DNA of 64,000 nucleotides from Candidatus Kapaibacteriales bacterium (GTDB lineage Bacteria > Bacteroidota > Ignavibacteria > Kapaibacteriales > UBA2268), in contig CBFIFP010000001.1 in assembly GCA_965661945.1 (NCBI GenBank), positions 638,531 to 702,530 of the forward strand. Direction: 5' to 3'. The translations under genes were made by a program, and so were the position numbers. Of the stretch, positions 43,691-53,153 are shown piece by piece. The notes under the pieces are model-generated. The model searched no databases and was not told where the DNA came from. It saw nothing but the letters and a program-made list of their open reading frames with translations. Every line of letters starts with the position of its first letter. Within the stretch, counting starts at the first letter, position 1.

Positions 43691-45523
43691 ATGTGCGGAA
43701 TTGTTGGTTATATTGGCAATAGAAAAGCTTCTAATCTGTTGATTAATGGTTTGAAAAGATTAGAGTATAGGGGCTATGACAGTTCGGGTATTGCTCTTTA
43801 TGAGAATAATAAAATTAATGTATTAAAGCAAAAAGGTAAGGTGGAACATCTTGATAGAATGGTGCCTCACGATATGCTTAATTCAACTTTAGGTATTGCT
43901 CATACTCGCTGGGCTACTCACGGTTTCCCTAATTATGAAAATGCTCACCCGCATACTGATAATTCTAAAGAAATTGCTATCGTGCATAATGGTATAATCG
44001 AGAACTATTCATCTATCAAAAAGAAACTTTTGAGTGAGGGCTATACTTTTGAATCTGATACAGATACTGAAGTTCTTGCTGTTTTTATTGGGCATTTATA
44101 CAAAAAAACAAATGATTTGGAAACGGCTGTTAGGTTGGCACTTAGAGAAATTGACGGTACTTATGGTATTGCTGTTGTGAGTTCTTATGAGCCAGATAAA
44201 ATTATTGGTGCAAGATTGGGTTCGCCTATGATTCTTGGAATTGGCGATGGTGAATATATCTTGGCATCTGATGCTGCTGCTATTATCCAGCATACAAAGC
44301 AAGTTGTTTATATTGAAGATGGTGAAATGGTTATCGTGAAAAAAGATGGCTTTGTAACTAAAACTATTGATAATGAAGAAACTGATTCAATAATTAATCA
44401 AATTGAATTTGATATTGAGCAGATTGAAAAAGGTGGGTTTGAGCATTTTATGCTTAAGGAGATTTTTGAGCAACCAGAAACTATTATGAATTCTTTTAGA
44501 GGTAGATTAATTGCTGATAAAGGTAATGTTAGGCTAGGCGGTTTGAACTCTGTGAAAGATAAATTATTGAAAGCAAAACGCATTATATTAACTGCGTGTG
44601 GGACATCTTGGCATGCGGCTTTAACTGCAGAATATATGATTGAGCAGTTGGCTCAAATTCCGGTAGAAGTTGAATATGCAAGTGAGTTTAGATACAGAAA
44701 TCCAATTATTGGACCTGATGATATAGTGTTTGCAATTTCTCAATCTGGTGAAACGCTTGATACTATTGCTGCTGTAAGGGAAGCAAAGCAAAAAGGTGCA
44801 ACGGTGCTTGGAATTGTTAATGTGGTTGGCTCTACTATAGCTCGAGATACTGAAGCGGGGATTTATCTGCATGCAGGACCTGAAATTGGAGTTGCGTCAA
44901 CTAAAGCATTTACTTCTCAATTAACAGTTCTGGCTTTGATTGCGGTATATCTTGGAAGACAAAGATATTTATCACAGATTGATGGTAGAAGAATTGCAAA
45001 TGAGTTAATAGCACTGCCAGATAAAGTTAAAAAAGTGTTACTATTGCAAGAAGAAATTATGAAAATTGCTGATGACTTTTATCACTCCACAAACTTTCTC
45101 TATCTTGGAAGAGGATATAACTTCCCTCTTGCTTTAGAAGGTGCTTTGAAATTGAAAGAGATTTCTTACATTCACGCTGAGGGTTACCCTGCGGCTGAAA
45201 TGAAACATGGACCTATTGCGTTGATTGATGAGAATATGCCTGTTGTGTTTATTGCTACTCAAGATGAAATATATGATAAAGTTTTATCAAATATTGAGGA
45301 GGTGAAAACAAGAAAAGGTAAAGTTATTGCGATTGCAAATGAAGGTGATGAAAGGATTCAAAGTGTTGCTGATAGAGTTATTTATATTCCAGATACTCTT
45401 CCGATGCTCAATCCGATTCTCGCTGTTGTTCCTTTACAGATGTTAGCTTATTATATTGCACTTAAATTAGAATGCAATGTTGACCAGCCAAGAAATCTTG
45501 CGAAATCAGTTACAGTAGAATAA
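43691..45523 (+). CDS. glmS: Glutamine--fructose-6-phosphate aminotransferase (isomerizing)
   Basis: MCGIVGYIG N-terminal nucleophile, two SIS domains, and the C-terminal ...NLAKSVTVE. Confidence 0.95.
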   Translation: MCGIVGYIGNRKASNLLINGLKRLEYRGYDSSGIALYENNKINVLKQKGKVEHLDRMVPHDMLNSTLGIAHTRWATHGFPNYENAHPHTDNSKEIAIVHNGIIENYSSIKKKLLSEGYTFESDTDTEVLAVFIGHLYKKTNDLETAVRLALREIDGTYGIAVVSSYEPDKIIGARLGSPMILGIGDGEYILASDAAAIIQHTKQVVYIEDGEMVIVKKDGFVTKTIDNEETDSIINQIEFDIEQIEKGGFEHFMLKEIFEQPETIMNSFRGRLIADKGNVRLGGLNSVKDKLLKAKRIILTACGTSWHAALTAEYMIEQLAQIPVEVEYASEFRYRNPIIGPDDIVFAISQSGETLDTIAAVREAKQKGATVLGIVNVVGSTIARDTEAGIYLHAGPEIGVASTKAFTSQLTVLALIAVYLGRQRYLSQIDGRRIANELIALPDKVKKVLLLQEEIMKIADDFYHSTNFLYLGRGYNFPLALEGALKLKEISYIHAEGYPAAEMKHGPIALIDENMPVVFIATQDEIYDKVLSNIEEVKTRKGKVIAIANEGDERIQSVADRVIYIPDTLPMLNPILAVVPLQMLAYYIALKLECNVDQPRNLAKSVTVE

Positions 45524-45553
45524 AAATATTATTAAAAAATTAGAATTAGAAAA

Positions 45554-47263
45554 ATGAAGCAAAGCCAATATTTTATACCAACTTTAAAAGATGTTTCTTC
45601 TGATGTGCAGATGAAATCACACCAATTAATGCTTAGAGCAGGACTTGTGCGTTCGCTTGGAGCAGGGATTTTCTCTTGGTTGCCTTTGGGCTGGAGAGTT
45701 ATAGAGAAAATTAAAAAAGTGCTTCAGGAAGAAATGAATAAAATAGGTGGACAAGAGTTTCATTTGCCAGCTCTTAATCCAATTGAAATTTGGGAAGAGA
45801 CGGGCAGAGTAGAAGCTATGGGCGATGTTTTGTTTCATATTAAAAATAGAGAGGGGCTTGTTCTTGCTCCAACTCACGAAGAGATAATTGCTTATCATGC
45901 TAAGCAGCACGTGAGTTCTTATCGTGATATGCCAATGATTTGGTATCAGATTCAGTCTAAGTTTAGGAATGAACCACGTCCTCGTTCGGGTGTTTTGCGT
46001 GGTCGTCAGTTTTTTATGAAAGATGCTTATTCACTTGATACTTCTTATGAAAATCTTGATGTTAGTTATGAAAAACATTATCAGGCATATAAAGCGATAT
46101 TTGATAGATGTGGAATAAAATATTTTATAGTTGGTGCATCATCTGGCGCTATGGGTGGCTCTAAGTCTCAAGAATTTATGGTGGAAAATGAGTTTGGAGA
46201 AGATGTTTGTGCTATTTCAGATTCTGGTTATGCTGCAAATATTGAAGTTGCTATTTCTGCTGTTACGCCAATATCAAGATTTCCAGAAAACCCAGTAATT
46301 GAGAAATTTGCTACTCCAAATTCTAGAACTATTGACGAACTTGTAAAAGATTTTAATTTAGATGAAAAAGTATGTGCTAAGTCATTAATATATATTGTAA
46401 ATAAAAAATCAATATTAATTTTGATGCGTGGTAATGATGAACTAAATATTTCTAAAGTTGAATCTTACTTCGGTACAACGGATATTCGCCCAGCTCATGA
46501 TGAAGAGATTTTTGAGATTACGGGTGCAAAAGCAGGTTCTCTAGGACCAATTAATCTTAAAAAAGAAATTGAAATATATGCGGACTTGCTTTTAGAAAAT
46601 TGTAATGGATTGGTTTCTGGTGCGAATGAAACTGGATTTCATTTCAAGAATATTGACATTTCAAGAGATGCAAAGATTAAAGAATTTGGGGATTTTAGAA
46701 CTGTTCAGACTGGTGAGCCAGATACGGTTGATGGAAGTGAGTTAAGCGTTGTAAAAGCAATAGAGTTGGGTCATATATTTAAACTTGGAACAAAGTATTC
46801 AGATGCTCTTGGTGCTAAGTTTTTAGACACAGATGGCAAAGAAAAAAGCATTGTTATGGGAAGTTATGGTATTGGAGTAGAAAGAATTGCGGCTTGCTTT
46901 ATAGAGCAAAGTTCTGATGACAATGGAATAATTTGGAATAAAGAATTAAGTCCATTTGATTTACATATTATTGGAATCAATACTCATAAAGATGAAATGG
47001 TAAGAAATTTTTGCGAAACTTTATATTCAGATTTGCAAAAAGAGAATTATGAGGTGCTTTTTGATGATAGAGATGTAACACCTGGATTTAAATTTAAAGA
47101 TGCAGATTTGATTGGAATACCAGTTCAGTTAATTATAGGGTCACGTGCATTAAATGAAGGGAAGGTAGAGTTAAAAATTCGTGTAACAGGGCAAAAAATA
47201 ATGATTAATTCCGATGATGTTATAAACTTTATTAAAAATAAATTGAAAAAAACTTCGAAATAG
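45554..47263 (+). CDS. proS: Proline--tRNA ligase (bacterial type with editing insertion)
   Basis: LMLRAGLVRSLGAGIFSWLPLG, FRNEPRPRSGVLRGRQFFMKDAYS, GSYGIGVERI. 569 aa. Confidence 0.95.
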   Translation: MKQSQYFIPTLKDVSSDVQMKSHQLMLRAGLVRSLGAGIFSWLPLGWRVIEKIKKVLQEEMNKIGGQEFHLPALNPIEIWEETGRVEAMGDVLFHIKNREGLVLAPTHEEIIAYHAKQHVSSYRDMPMIWYQIQSKFRNEPRPRSGVLRGRQFFMKDAYSLDTSYENLDVSYEKHYQAYKAIFDRCGIKYFIVGASSGAMGGSKSQEFMVENEFGEDVCAISDSGYAANIEVAISAVTPISRFPENPVIEKFATPNSRTIDELVKDFNLDEKVCAKSLIYIVNKKSILILMRGNDELNISKVESYFGTTDIRPAHDEEIFEITGAKAGSLGPINLKKEIEIYADLLLENCNGLVSGANETGFHFKNIDISRDAKIKEFGDFRTVQTGEPDTVDGSELSVVKAIELGHIFKLGTKYSDALGAKFLDTDGKEKSIVMGSYGIGVERIAACFIEQSSDDNGIIWNKELSPFDLHIIGINTHKDEMVRNFCETLYSDLQKENYEVLFDDRDVTPGFKFKDADLIGIPVQLIIGSRALNEGKVELKIRVTGQKIMINSDDVINFIKNKLKKTSK

Positions 47264-47323
47264 AAAAAAACTATATTAAATTTACGATAATTTTCTAACA
47301 ATTTTTAAAATATAGGTTTTCAA

Positions 47324-47713
47324 ATGGTCAATCAAGACGCACCTATTGCTATAATAGAGGATAATGCTCCGATTAGAAAACTATTTGCAACTGTGCTTAC
47401 AAAAAGTGGTTTCAAAACGTTAGAGTATGGAACAGCAGAAGAAGCATTAAATGGTTTAAAAGAAACTGAGTGTTCTACAATACTACTTGATATTCTTTTA
47501 CCAGATAAAAATGGGACAGAGTTAATAGAAGATTTGAGAGCGATAAAAAACTTAAAAGAAATTCCTATTATTGCAGTTACAGGATTTGCTAAACCCTCAG
47601 ATCAGCAGAAGTTTATGAAATTGGGTTTTGATGGCTTTATTCCAAAACCAATCAACACATCTGCTTTTGTGAATGAGATAAAGGAATATAGATCTAACAA
47701 ATTTGAAAATTAA
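47324..47713 (+). CDS. Single-domain response regulator (CheY-like receiver)
   Basis: IAIIEDN, phospho-acceptor context ILLDILLPDKNG, IIAVTG, and KP near the end. Confidence 0.85.
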   Translation: MVNQDAPIAIIEDNAPIRKLFATVLTKSGFKTLEYGTAEEALNGLKETECSTILLDILLPDKNGTELIEDLRAIKNLKEIPIIAVTGFAKPSDQQKFMKLGFDGFIPKPINTSAFVNEIKEYRSNKFEN

Positions 47714-47731
47714 TACCAGGGAAATTTAAAG

Positions 47732-48337
47732 ATGGCTGCCAATTCTTACGAAGACGTCCTTCGGGACGCAACCTCACAGAAATCTAAAAAGAACATTATT
47801 TTTCAATTTTCTAAAACTTATCCAGCTTGGCTAATTTTAATAATAGCTATTGGCTTAAGTATTGGTTTAATGTTCTTTGTTGAAAGTTCAATTAAAGGTG
47901 ACAATGAACTAGCATTTGAAAAAGCAACAAATTCTGTTATTACAAGAATTAAAGATAAATATACATTAAATGACCAAATACTAAATTCGATAAATGCGAT
48001 ATTTAGTTCTTATGTGGTTAGGGATGTATTTGAGTTAAACGCTGCAACTCCTGCAAATACCTATCCATCTATAAGAAGTATTTTAAGAATCCAAAAAGTT
48101 CCCAATGATAGATTAGAAGATTTCATTTATAATACTCGCTCTCAGGGTTATTATGATATGCAAATTAATCCAGATAATGAAAATGAAACACATTATTTGA
48201 CTGAGTATGTAGTTCCGTTTGAGAGAAATCCTCATTTATCAGGGTATGATTTTTCATCAGATCCAATGGCGACTAAATATATTGAGCAGGCAGGTAAAAA
48301 CAATTTAAAAGTTATTACCCCAGTTTATAATACATGA
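47732..48337 (+). CDS. Sensor kinase N-terminal fragment (TM plus first part of a CHASE-like domain), ends at an in-frame TGA
   Basis: TM helix AWLILIIAIGLSIGLMFFV. SGYDFSSDPMATKYIEQAGKNNLKVITPVY resembles the CHASE core. Same frame as 48386..49924, with no other stop between them. Confidence 0.6.
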   Translation: MAANSYEDVLRDATSQKSKKNIIFQFSKTYPAWLILIIAIGLSIGLMFFVESSIKGDNELAFEKATNSVITRIKDKYTLNDQILNSINAIFSSYVVRDVFELNAATPANTYPSIRSILRIQKVPNDRLEDFIYNTRSQGYYDMQINPDNENETHYLTEYVVPFERNPHLSGYDFSSDPMATKYIEQAGKNNLKVITPVYNT

Positions 48338-48385
48338 AAAGATACTATTGGTTTTTATTTAATTGCACCTCAATATCAGGTTGGG

Positions 48386-49924
48386 ATGCCAATTGAAACT
48401 GAAGAAGATAGAATGAATAACTTTATGGGTGCATTAATTATTGAAATATCACCCTCGATATTTTATGAAAATGCTTTAGGTAAAGGTGTTTCTTCTGATT
48501 CTAATATAGTTTTTGATATTTATGAGGAAATAGATGGTGCAAAAAATACCATATTTAAATCATTTAATATCGATATATTAAAACAAAATTATAATCCAAT
48601 TGTAACAGAGATAAAAGATTTTAAAATCAACCAAAAATCAATTTTTATTGATTTTAAGACTGTTCCTGATTTTGGAGGAGAGTTTCAGAAATACCTACCA
48701 TTGATATCATTAATTGCTGGTATTTTAGTTTCATTTATTTTATTCGGATTTATCTTATCGGTTATTACAAGTCGACAACGAGCATTAGAATTAGCCGACC
48801 AAATGACAAAATCCCAAAGACGAATTGTAGAGTCTTCACAAGATATAATTGCAGTGCTTTATTTTAATGGTATTTGGAAAACAATGAACAGAGCAGCCGA
48901 GGATATTTTTAATGTGAGTGCTGAAGAGATGGTTGGGATGTCGGTTGATGAATTATTTATAGAAAAGCAAGACTCTCATAAATTTTATTCTATAATTGAA
49001 TCTTCGATGGATGATTATACCGAAAGATTAGATTTCCAAATGAAAGCTAGAGGAAACAAAGTTAAATGGGTGAACTGGTCGTTAACTGTATCTCAAACGG
49101 ATAAATTAATTTATGCAATTGGACGCGATATAACTTTAGAAAAAGAAGCTCAAACTCAACAAGATATTAGAAATAAACAAGTTCAACTTGCAGAGCAGTT
49201 TTCAAGAGAAGCCTCTGAGTCTAAATCTTTCTTTATGACTCAGCTTTCTCATCAATTAAGAAACTCTCTAACTGGGATTTTGGGTTATCTTGATTTGGTT
49301 CAAAATGGCTTTTATGATAATGAAGAAGAGATGAAAGAGTATGTTAAGTTAGCAGAGATGTCATCAGAGGAAATATTCCAGTTTGTATCTGATATTGTGG
49401 ACATTACAATAGCTACTGACGGAGAAAATACATTAGATATGTCAACTGTTTCTTTTAAAGATGTGTTTTATAAGGTTAATTATAAAAGCTCTTTAACCGG
49501 TGAGCTTGAAGATATTAAAATAGAGTTAGTAGAAGAAAATGGTTCTGCACATTTTGTTGGAGATAAAAATGTAATGAATGAAACACTTTTGTTTATGTAT
49601 AAGGCATTAGCTGAAGGCAATAATTCAACAACTACAATACAGGTGAATGCATCTGATAATCCATACGAAGGTGCAATGGAAATACAAATGCTTGGCTCTG
49701 AAAATTCTAAACTTGAAAAAATGATTCATATTTATAAAGCAGAAAAAGATAATATTATTGATGCTTTAGAGAATGATGAAGACGATATATTACTAAAACT
49801 TTCGATTATAGAATCAAATATAAGAAGGTTAAACGGTTCATTTAGTGTTGAAACTTTCGGAGGAGAGGAAGGAAATATATTTATGGTTACTCTTCCTATG
49901 AATCAGAATTTAAAGAAAAAATAA
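48386..49924 (+). CDS. Sensor kinase C-terminal part: rest of CHASE, TM, PAS, HisKA, degenerate HATPase-like domain
   Basis: Second TM LISLIAGILVSFILFGFILSVI, PAS region (IVESSQDIIAVLYFNGIWKTMNRAAEDIF...) and H-box FFMTQLSHQLRNSLTGILGY. In the C-terminal domain I cannot find N, G1 or G2 boxes. Confidence 0.65.
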   Translation: MPIETEEDRMNNFMGALIIEISPSIFYENALGKGVSSDSNIVFDIYEEIDGAKNTIFKSFNIDILKQNYNPIVTEIKDFKINQKSIFIDFKTVPDFGGEFQKYLPLISLIAGILVSFILFGFILSVITSRQRALELADQMTKSQRRIVESSQDIIAVLYFNGIWKTMNRAAEDIFNVSAEEMVGMSVDELFIEKQDSHKFYSIIESSMDDYTERLDFQMKARGNKVKWVNWSLTVSQTDKLIYAIGRDITLEKEAQTQQDIRNKQVQLAEQFSREASESKSFFMTQLSHQLRNSLTGILGYLDLVQNGFYDNEEEMKEYVKLAEMSSEEIFQFVSDIVDITIATDGENTLDMSTVSFKDVFYKVNYKSSLTGELEDIKIELVEENGSAHFVGDKNVMNETLLFMYKALAEGNNSTTTIQVNASDNPYEGAMEIQMLGSENSKLEKMIHIYKAEKDNIIDALENDEDDILLKLSIIESNIRRLNGSFSVETFGGEEGNIFMVTLPMNQNLKKK

Positions 49925-49933
49925 ACTTACTTT

Positions 49934-49961
49934 AAGCCACTTTTTAAGTGGCTTTTTTTTA
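49934..49961 (+). terminator. Rho-independent terminator
   Basis: AAGCCACT-TTT-AAGTGGCTT hairpin followed by a T-run. Confidence 0.65.
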
Positions 49962-50164
49962 TTTTGAATAATGAAATTATAGATTTTATTTTTAAGTTTA
50001 ACTCGTAAGCATCTAATATTAATTTACCCAAAAAAACTCTTTAATACTGTATTTTAGAAAGAAATATTTTTAATATTTTTTATTGTTTTTTTTGAAATTT
50101 AACTCAATATCCATAAATTGCAATAATATTTATTCATTTCTGAATAAAATGTAAGGAAAAGCTT

Positions 50165-52666
50165 ATGAACCTCAGCAAAGCTGTTATAATGGCAGGTGGA
50201 TTCGGAACAAGATTACGACCACTTACAATGAAACTACCTAAACCAATGGTTCCGATTTTAAATTCTCCAATGATGGAGCATATCGTTAATTTATTGAAAA
50301 AATATGGAATTACTGATGTTTTAAGTGTTTTATATTTTCAACCTGAGATTATTAGTGATTATTTTAAAAATGGAAGTGATTTTGGTATTGAAATGAACTA
50401 CGTACAAGCAGTAGCTGATTATGGCACTGCAGGTAGTATTCGTAATGCTCATGAACAAGTAAATTTGGATGAACGATTTATTATTATTAGTGGTGATGTT
50501 TTAACTGATTTTAACATTGAAGAAGCGATTAATTTTCATGTTAAAAGAGGTGCAAAGGCTACGATTTTATTAACAAGACATGAAACTCCATTACAGTATG
50601 GAATTGTGATGACTGATAAAGATGGACGAATTACTAAATTTTTAGAAAAACCATCTTGGGGTCAAGTTTTTTCTGACACTATAAACACAGGTATTTACAT
50701 ACTTGAACCAGAAGTTGTAGATATGATTCCTTATCGTGAAGAGTTTGATTTTTCGAAGGACTTATTTCCTTTAATGTTAAATAAAGGAATGGATTTATAT
50801 GGTTATGTAGCAGAGGGGTACTGGCGTGATGTTGGAAATTTAGATGAATATCAACAAGGACAATTAGATGCTTTGAATGGTATTGTTAACCTACCATCAA
50901 ATGATTTTAAATATATTTCACCAACTTCTCAAATTGATGAAAGCGCCACTCTTATTGGTAATAATGTGATTGCTAGTAATTCAATAATTAGTAAAAATGT
51001 TAAATTACGAAACTGTGTGATTGGACCTAATGTGAAAATAGGTGAAGGTTCTAATTTAAATAATGTAACTATTTGGGAAGACACTAGCATAGGTCGATAT
51101 ACTGAAATGACTGATGATGTTTTATGTAGTAATATTATTGTTGGTGATAAGACCACAGTTCAAGAAAATGTATTTATTTCTGATAATTGTATTATAGGTG
51201 AAAATGCTACTTTAACTCCAAATATTAAACTTTGGCCTAATAAAACAGTTCAAGACCGAGCTACTCTTACAAGAAGTTTGGTACAAGAAGAAAAATGGCT
51301 AAGAGAGTTATTTACTGATGCAAGAATTACGGCTCAATCAAATGTGGAGATTAATCCTGAGTTTGGAGCTAAATTAGGAGCATGTTTGGGATTAAGTTTT
51401 GGAGTAAATGCTAGATTGCTTGTTAGTAGAGACCCTAACAAAGTTTCCAGAATTATGAAGCGTTCTATTACTTCTGGGCTTATGAGTGTTGGTGTTTCAT
51501 CAAATGATTTGCAAATCACTTCTATTCCTCAAACAAGACAAGAGCTAAGAACTGGAAAATATGATGGTGGATTTCACGTAAGACGCTCAACAAGAAATCC
51601 TGAATTAACTGATATTATTATATTTAATTCGGATGGGAGAGATATATCTATTGCTCAAGCGAAAAAAATCGAAAGATTCTTTTATGGTGAAGAAATAAAC
51701 AGGGTTAAAGCTAATGATGTTGGTTCGCTGAGTTTTCCGGAGAGAACTAATGAGATTTATATAAATAGGTATTTAGATTCATTGGATGTTGAACTTATTC
51801 AGAATCAGAAACTTAAACTTCTTATTGATTATAGTTATGGTTATGCTTCAACTATATTGCCTAATATTTTAGGAAAAATTAATGTATCTGCTTTATCATT
51901 ACATGATTATGTAGATGCTATGAAATTTCATCCTGACCCAACTCAAAATAATGAGATTATGAATGAAGCAGGCGAGATTATGCTCAACTTGAATTATAAT
52001 CTTGGTTTTACTTTGGAATCTGGTGCTGAAAAAATTGCAATGATAGATCAAAGAGGTAAATGGTTTTCTTCTCAAAGACTGCTTAGTATTGTTACAAAAT
52101 TGTTTTTAGAGACAAATAAAAATAAAATGCCTTTTAAAATTGCTATATCAATAACTGCCTCTAGTGAAATAGATTTATTGGCAAAAGATTATAATGTTGA
52201 AATAGTAAGAATTAGAAATAATCACTCTGCTATGATGGACGCTACTTTAGATACAGATGTAAAGTTTGTTGGTGGAATTTATGGCGGATTTATTTTTCCT
52301 GAGTTTTTGTTTGCTTCGGATGGGATGTATTCAGTTGGTAAAATTATTGAGATGTTGGCACAAACAAATTGGAAGTTATCAGAGATAGATGAAATGATTC
52401 CTAAAAGATTTCAAGATATTGTTTCTGTGGAGTGTCATTGGAGCAAGAGAGGACAAATCATGCGTTCACTGATGAATTTTTCTGAAAACAAGAAACGAGA
52501 GCTTGTTGAGGGAGTAAAGATTTTTGAAGATGGCAATTCAGTTTTATTTATGCCTGCTAAAGAAACTGCGACTTTTAATTTATACGCAGAGGCGAGTAGT
52601 ATAGAATTATGTGACGAGTTAATTGAAAAATATAAAAATGAATTAAATATTTGGCTACAAGAATGA
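50165..52666 (+). CDS. Sugar-phosphate nucleotidyltransferase (NTP_transferase plus left-handed beta-helix) fused to a phosphohexomutase-like domain
   Basis: AVIMAGGFGTRLRPLT, hexapeptide-repeat region, then a ~450-aa PGM/PMM-like region whose catalytic motifs look degenerate (see findings). Preceded by an AAGGAAA SD. Confidence 0.8.
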   Translation: MNLSKAVIMAGGFGTRLRPLTMKLPKPMVPILNSPMMEHIVNLLKKYGITDVLSVLYFQPEIISDYFKNGSDFGIEMNYVQAVADYGTAGSIRNAHEQVNLDERFIIISGDVLTDFNIEEAINFHVKRGAKATILLTRHETPLQYGIVMTDKDGRITKFLEKPSWGQVFSDTINTGIYILEPEVVDMIPYREEFDFSKDLFPLMLNKGMDLYGYVAEGYWRDVGNLDEYQQGQLDALNGIVNLPSNDFKYISPTSQIDESATLIGNNVIASNSIISKNVKLRNCVIGPNVKIGEGSNLNNVTIWEDTSIGRYTEMTDDVLCSNIIVGDKTTVQENVFISDNCIIGENATLTPNIKLWPNKTVQDRATLTRSLVQEEKWLRELFTDARITAQSNVEINPEFGAKLGACLGLSFGVNARLLVSRDPNKVSRIMKRSITSGLMSVGVSSNDLQITSIPQTRQELRTGKYDGGFHVRRSTRNPELTDIIIFNSDGRDISIAQAKKIERFFYGEEINRVKANDVGSLSFPERTNEIYINRYLDSLDVELIQNQKLKLLIDYSYGYASTILPNILGKINVSALSLHDYVDAMKFHPDPTQNNEIMNEAGEIMLNLNYNLGFTLESGAEKIAMIDQRGKWFSSQRLLSIVTKLFLETNKNKMPFKIAISITASSEIDLLAKDYNVEIVRIRNNHSAMMDATLDTDVKFVGGIYGGFIFPEFLFASDGMYSVGKIIEMLAQTNWKLSEIDEMIPKRFQDIVSVECHWSKRGQIMRSLMNFSENKKRELVEGVKIFEDGNSVLFMPAKETATFNLYAEASSIELCDELIEKYKNELNIWLQE

Positions 52667-53127
52667 TTAGAATTAGTGATATTTTAGCGATTGAATCAAT
52701 TTCTTTGAATAATAATTATCAAGATAAAGAAGAGCTTTTATCAAAACTGGTTGATTTGGCATCAAATTCTAACAAAATTATTGATATTGAAAAATGTAAA
52801 AAAGCAGTTTATGACAGAGAAGATGTTATGTCCACAGGTGTAGGTAAAGGAATTGCTATACCTCATGCTAAAACTGAGTCAATTAACAATACTGTTGCTG
52901 CTCTTATAACACTAGAAGGTGGTATAGATTTTAAATCACTTGATAAAAAAGATGTTAATATTGCTTTTTTACTTTTATCTGAGCCAATAAATATTGGTAA
53001 TCATCTTAGAATGTTATCTCAAATATCAAAGCTTCTAAATAATGAGAGTTTGAGAGATAATATTATACATGCTAAGAGTAGTCAAGAAGTGATTGATGTT
53101 ATAAATAGATTTGAAAAGGAATCCTGA
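52663..53127 (+). CDS. ptsN: PTS EIIA(Ntr)-type regulatory protein
   Basis: EIIA type-2 fold with the phosphorylatable His context GVGKGIAIPHAKT. I prefer the ATG at 52663 (ATGA overlap with the upstream stop) over the TTG at 52651. Confidence 0.8.
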   Translation: MIRISDILAIESISLNNNYQDKEELLSKLVDLASNSNKIIDIEKCKKAVYDREDVMSTGVGKGIAIPHAKTESINNTVAALITLEGGIDFKSLDKKDVNIAFLLLSEPINIGNHLRMLSQISKLLNNESLRDNIIHAKSSQEVIDVINRFEKES

Positions 53128-53153
53128 TAAATGTCTTTATATAAGTTTTGATT

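Noticed and set aside
48335-48337. Alternative genetic code (TGA as sense) or selenocysteine as an explanation for the in-frame TGA in the sensor kinase.
   Set aside because: Several well-delimited genes in the window terminate at TGA at the expected protein ends (50165..52666, ptsN, 39646..40428, 41571..42149). I see no SECIS-like stem-loop right after the codon. A nonsense mutation or a sequencing error is more likely.
50130-50147. 7-4-7 inverted repeat TTATTCAtttcTGAATAA just upstream of the nucleotidyltransferase gene, and similar AT palindromes at 30560-30590 and 58891-58903.
   Set aside because: By a rough composition-based estimate, about ten such 7+7 inverted repeats per spacer length are expected by chance in this window. 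No repeated occurrence of the same motif was seen.
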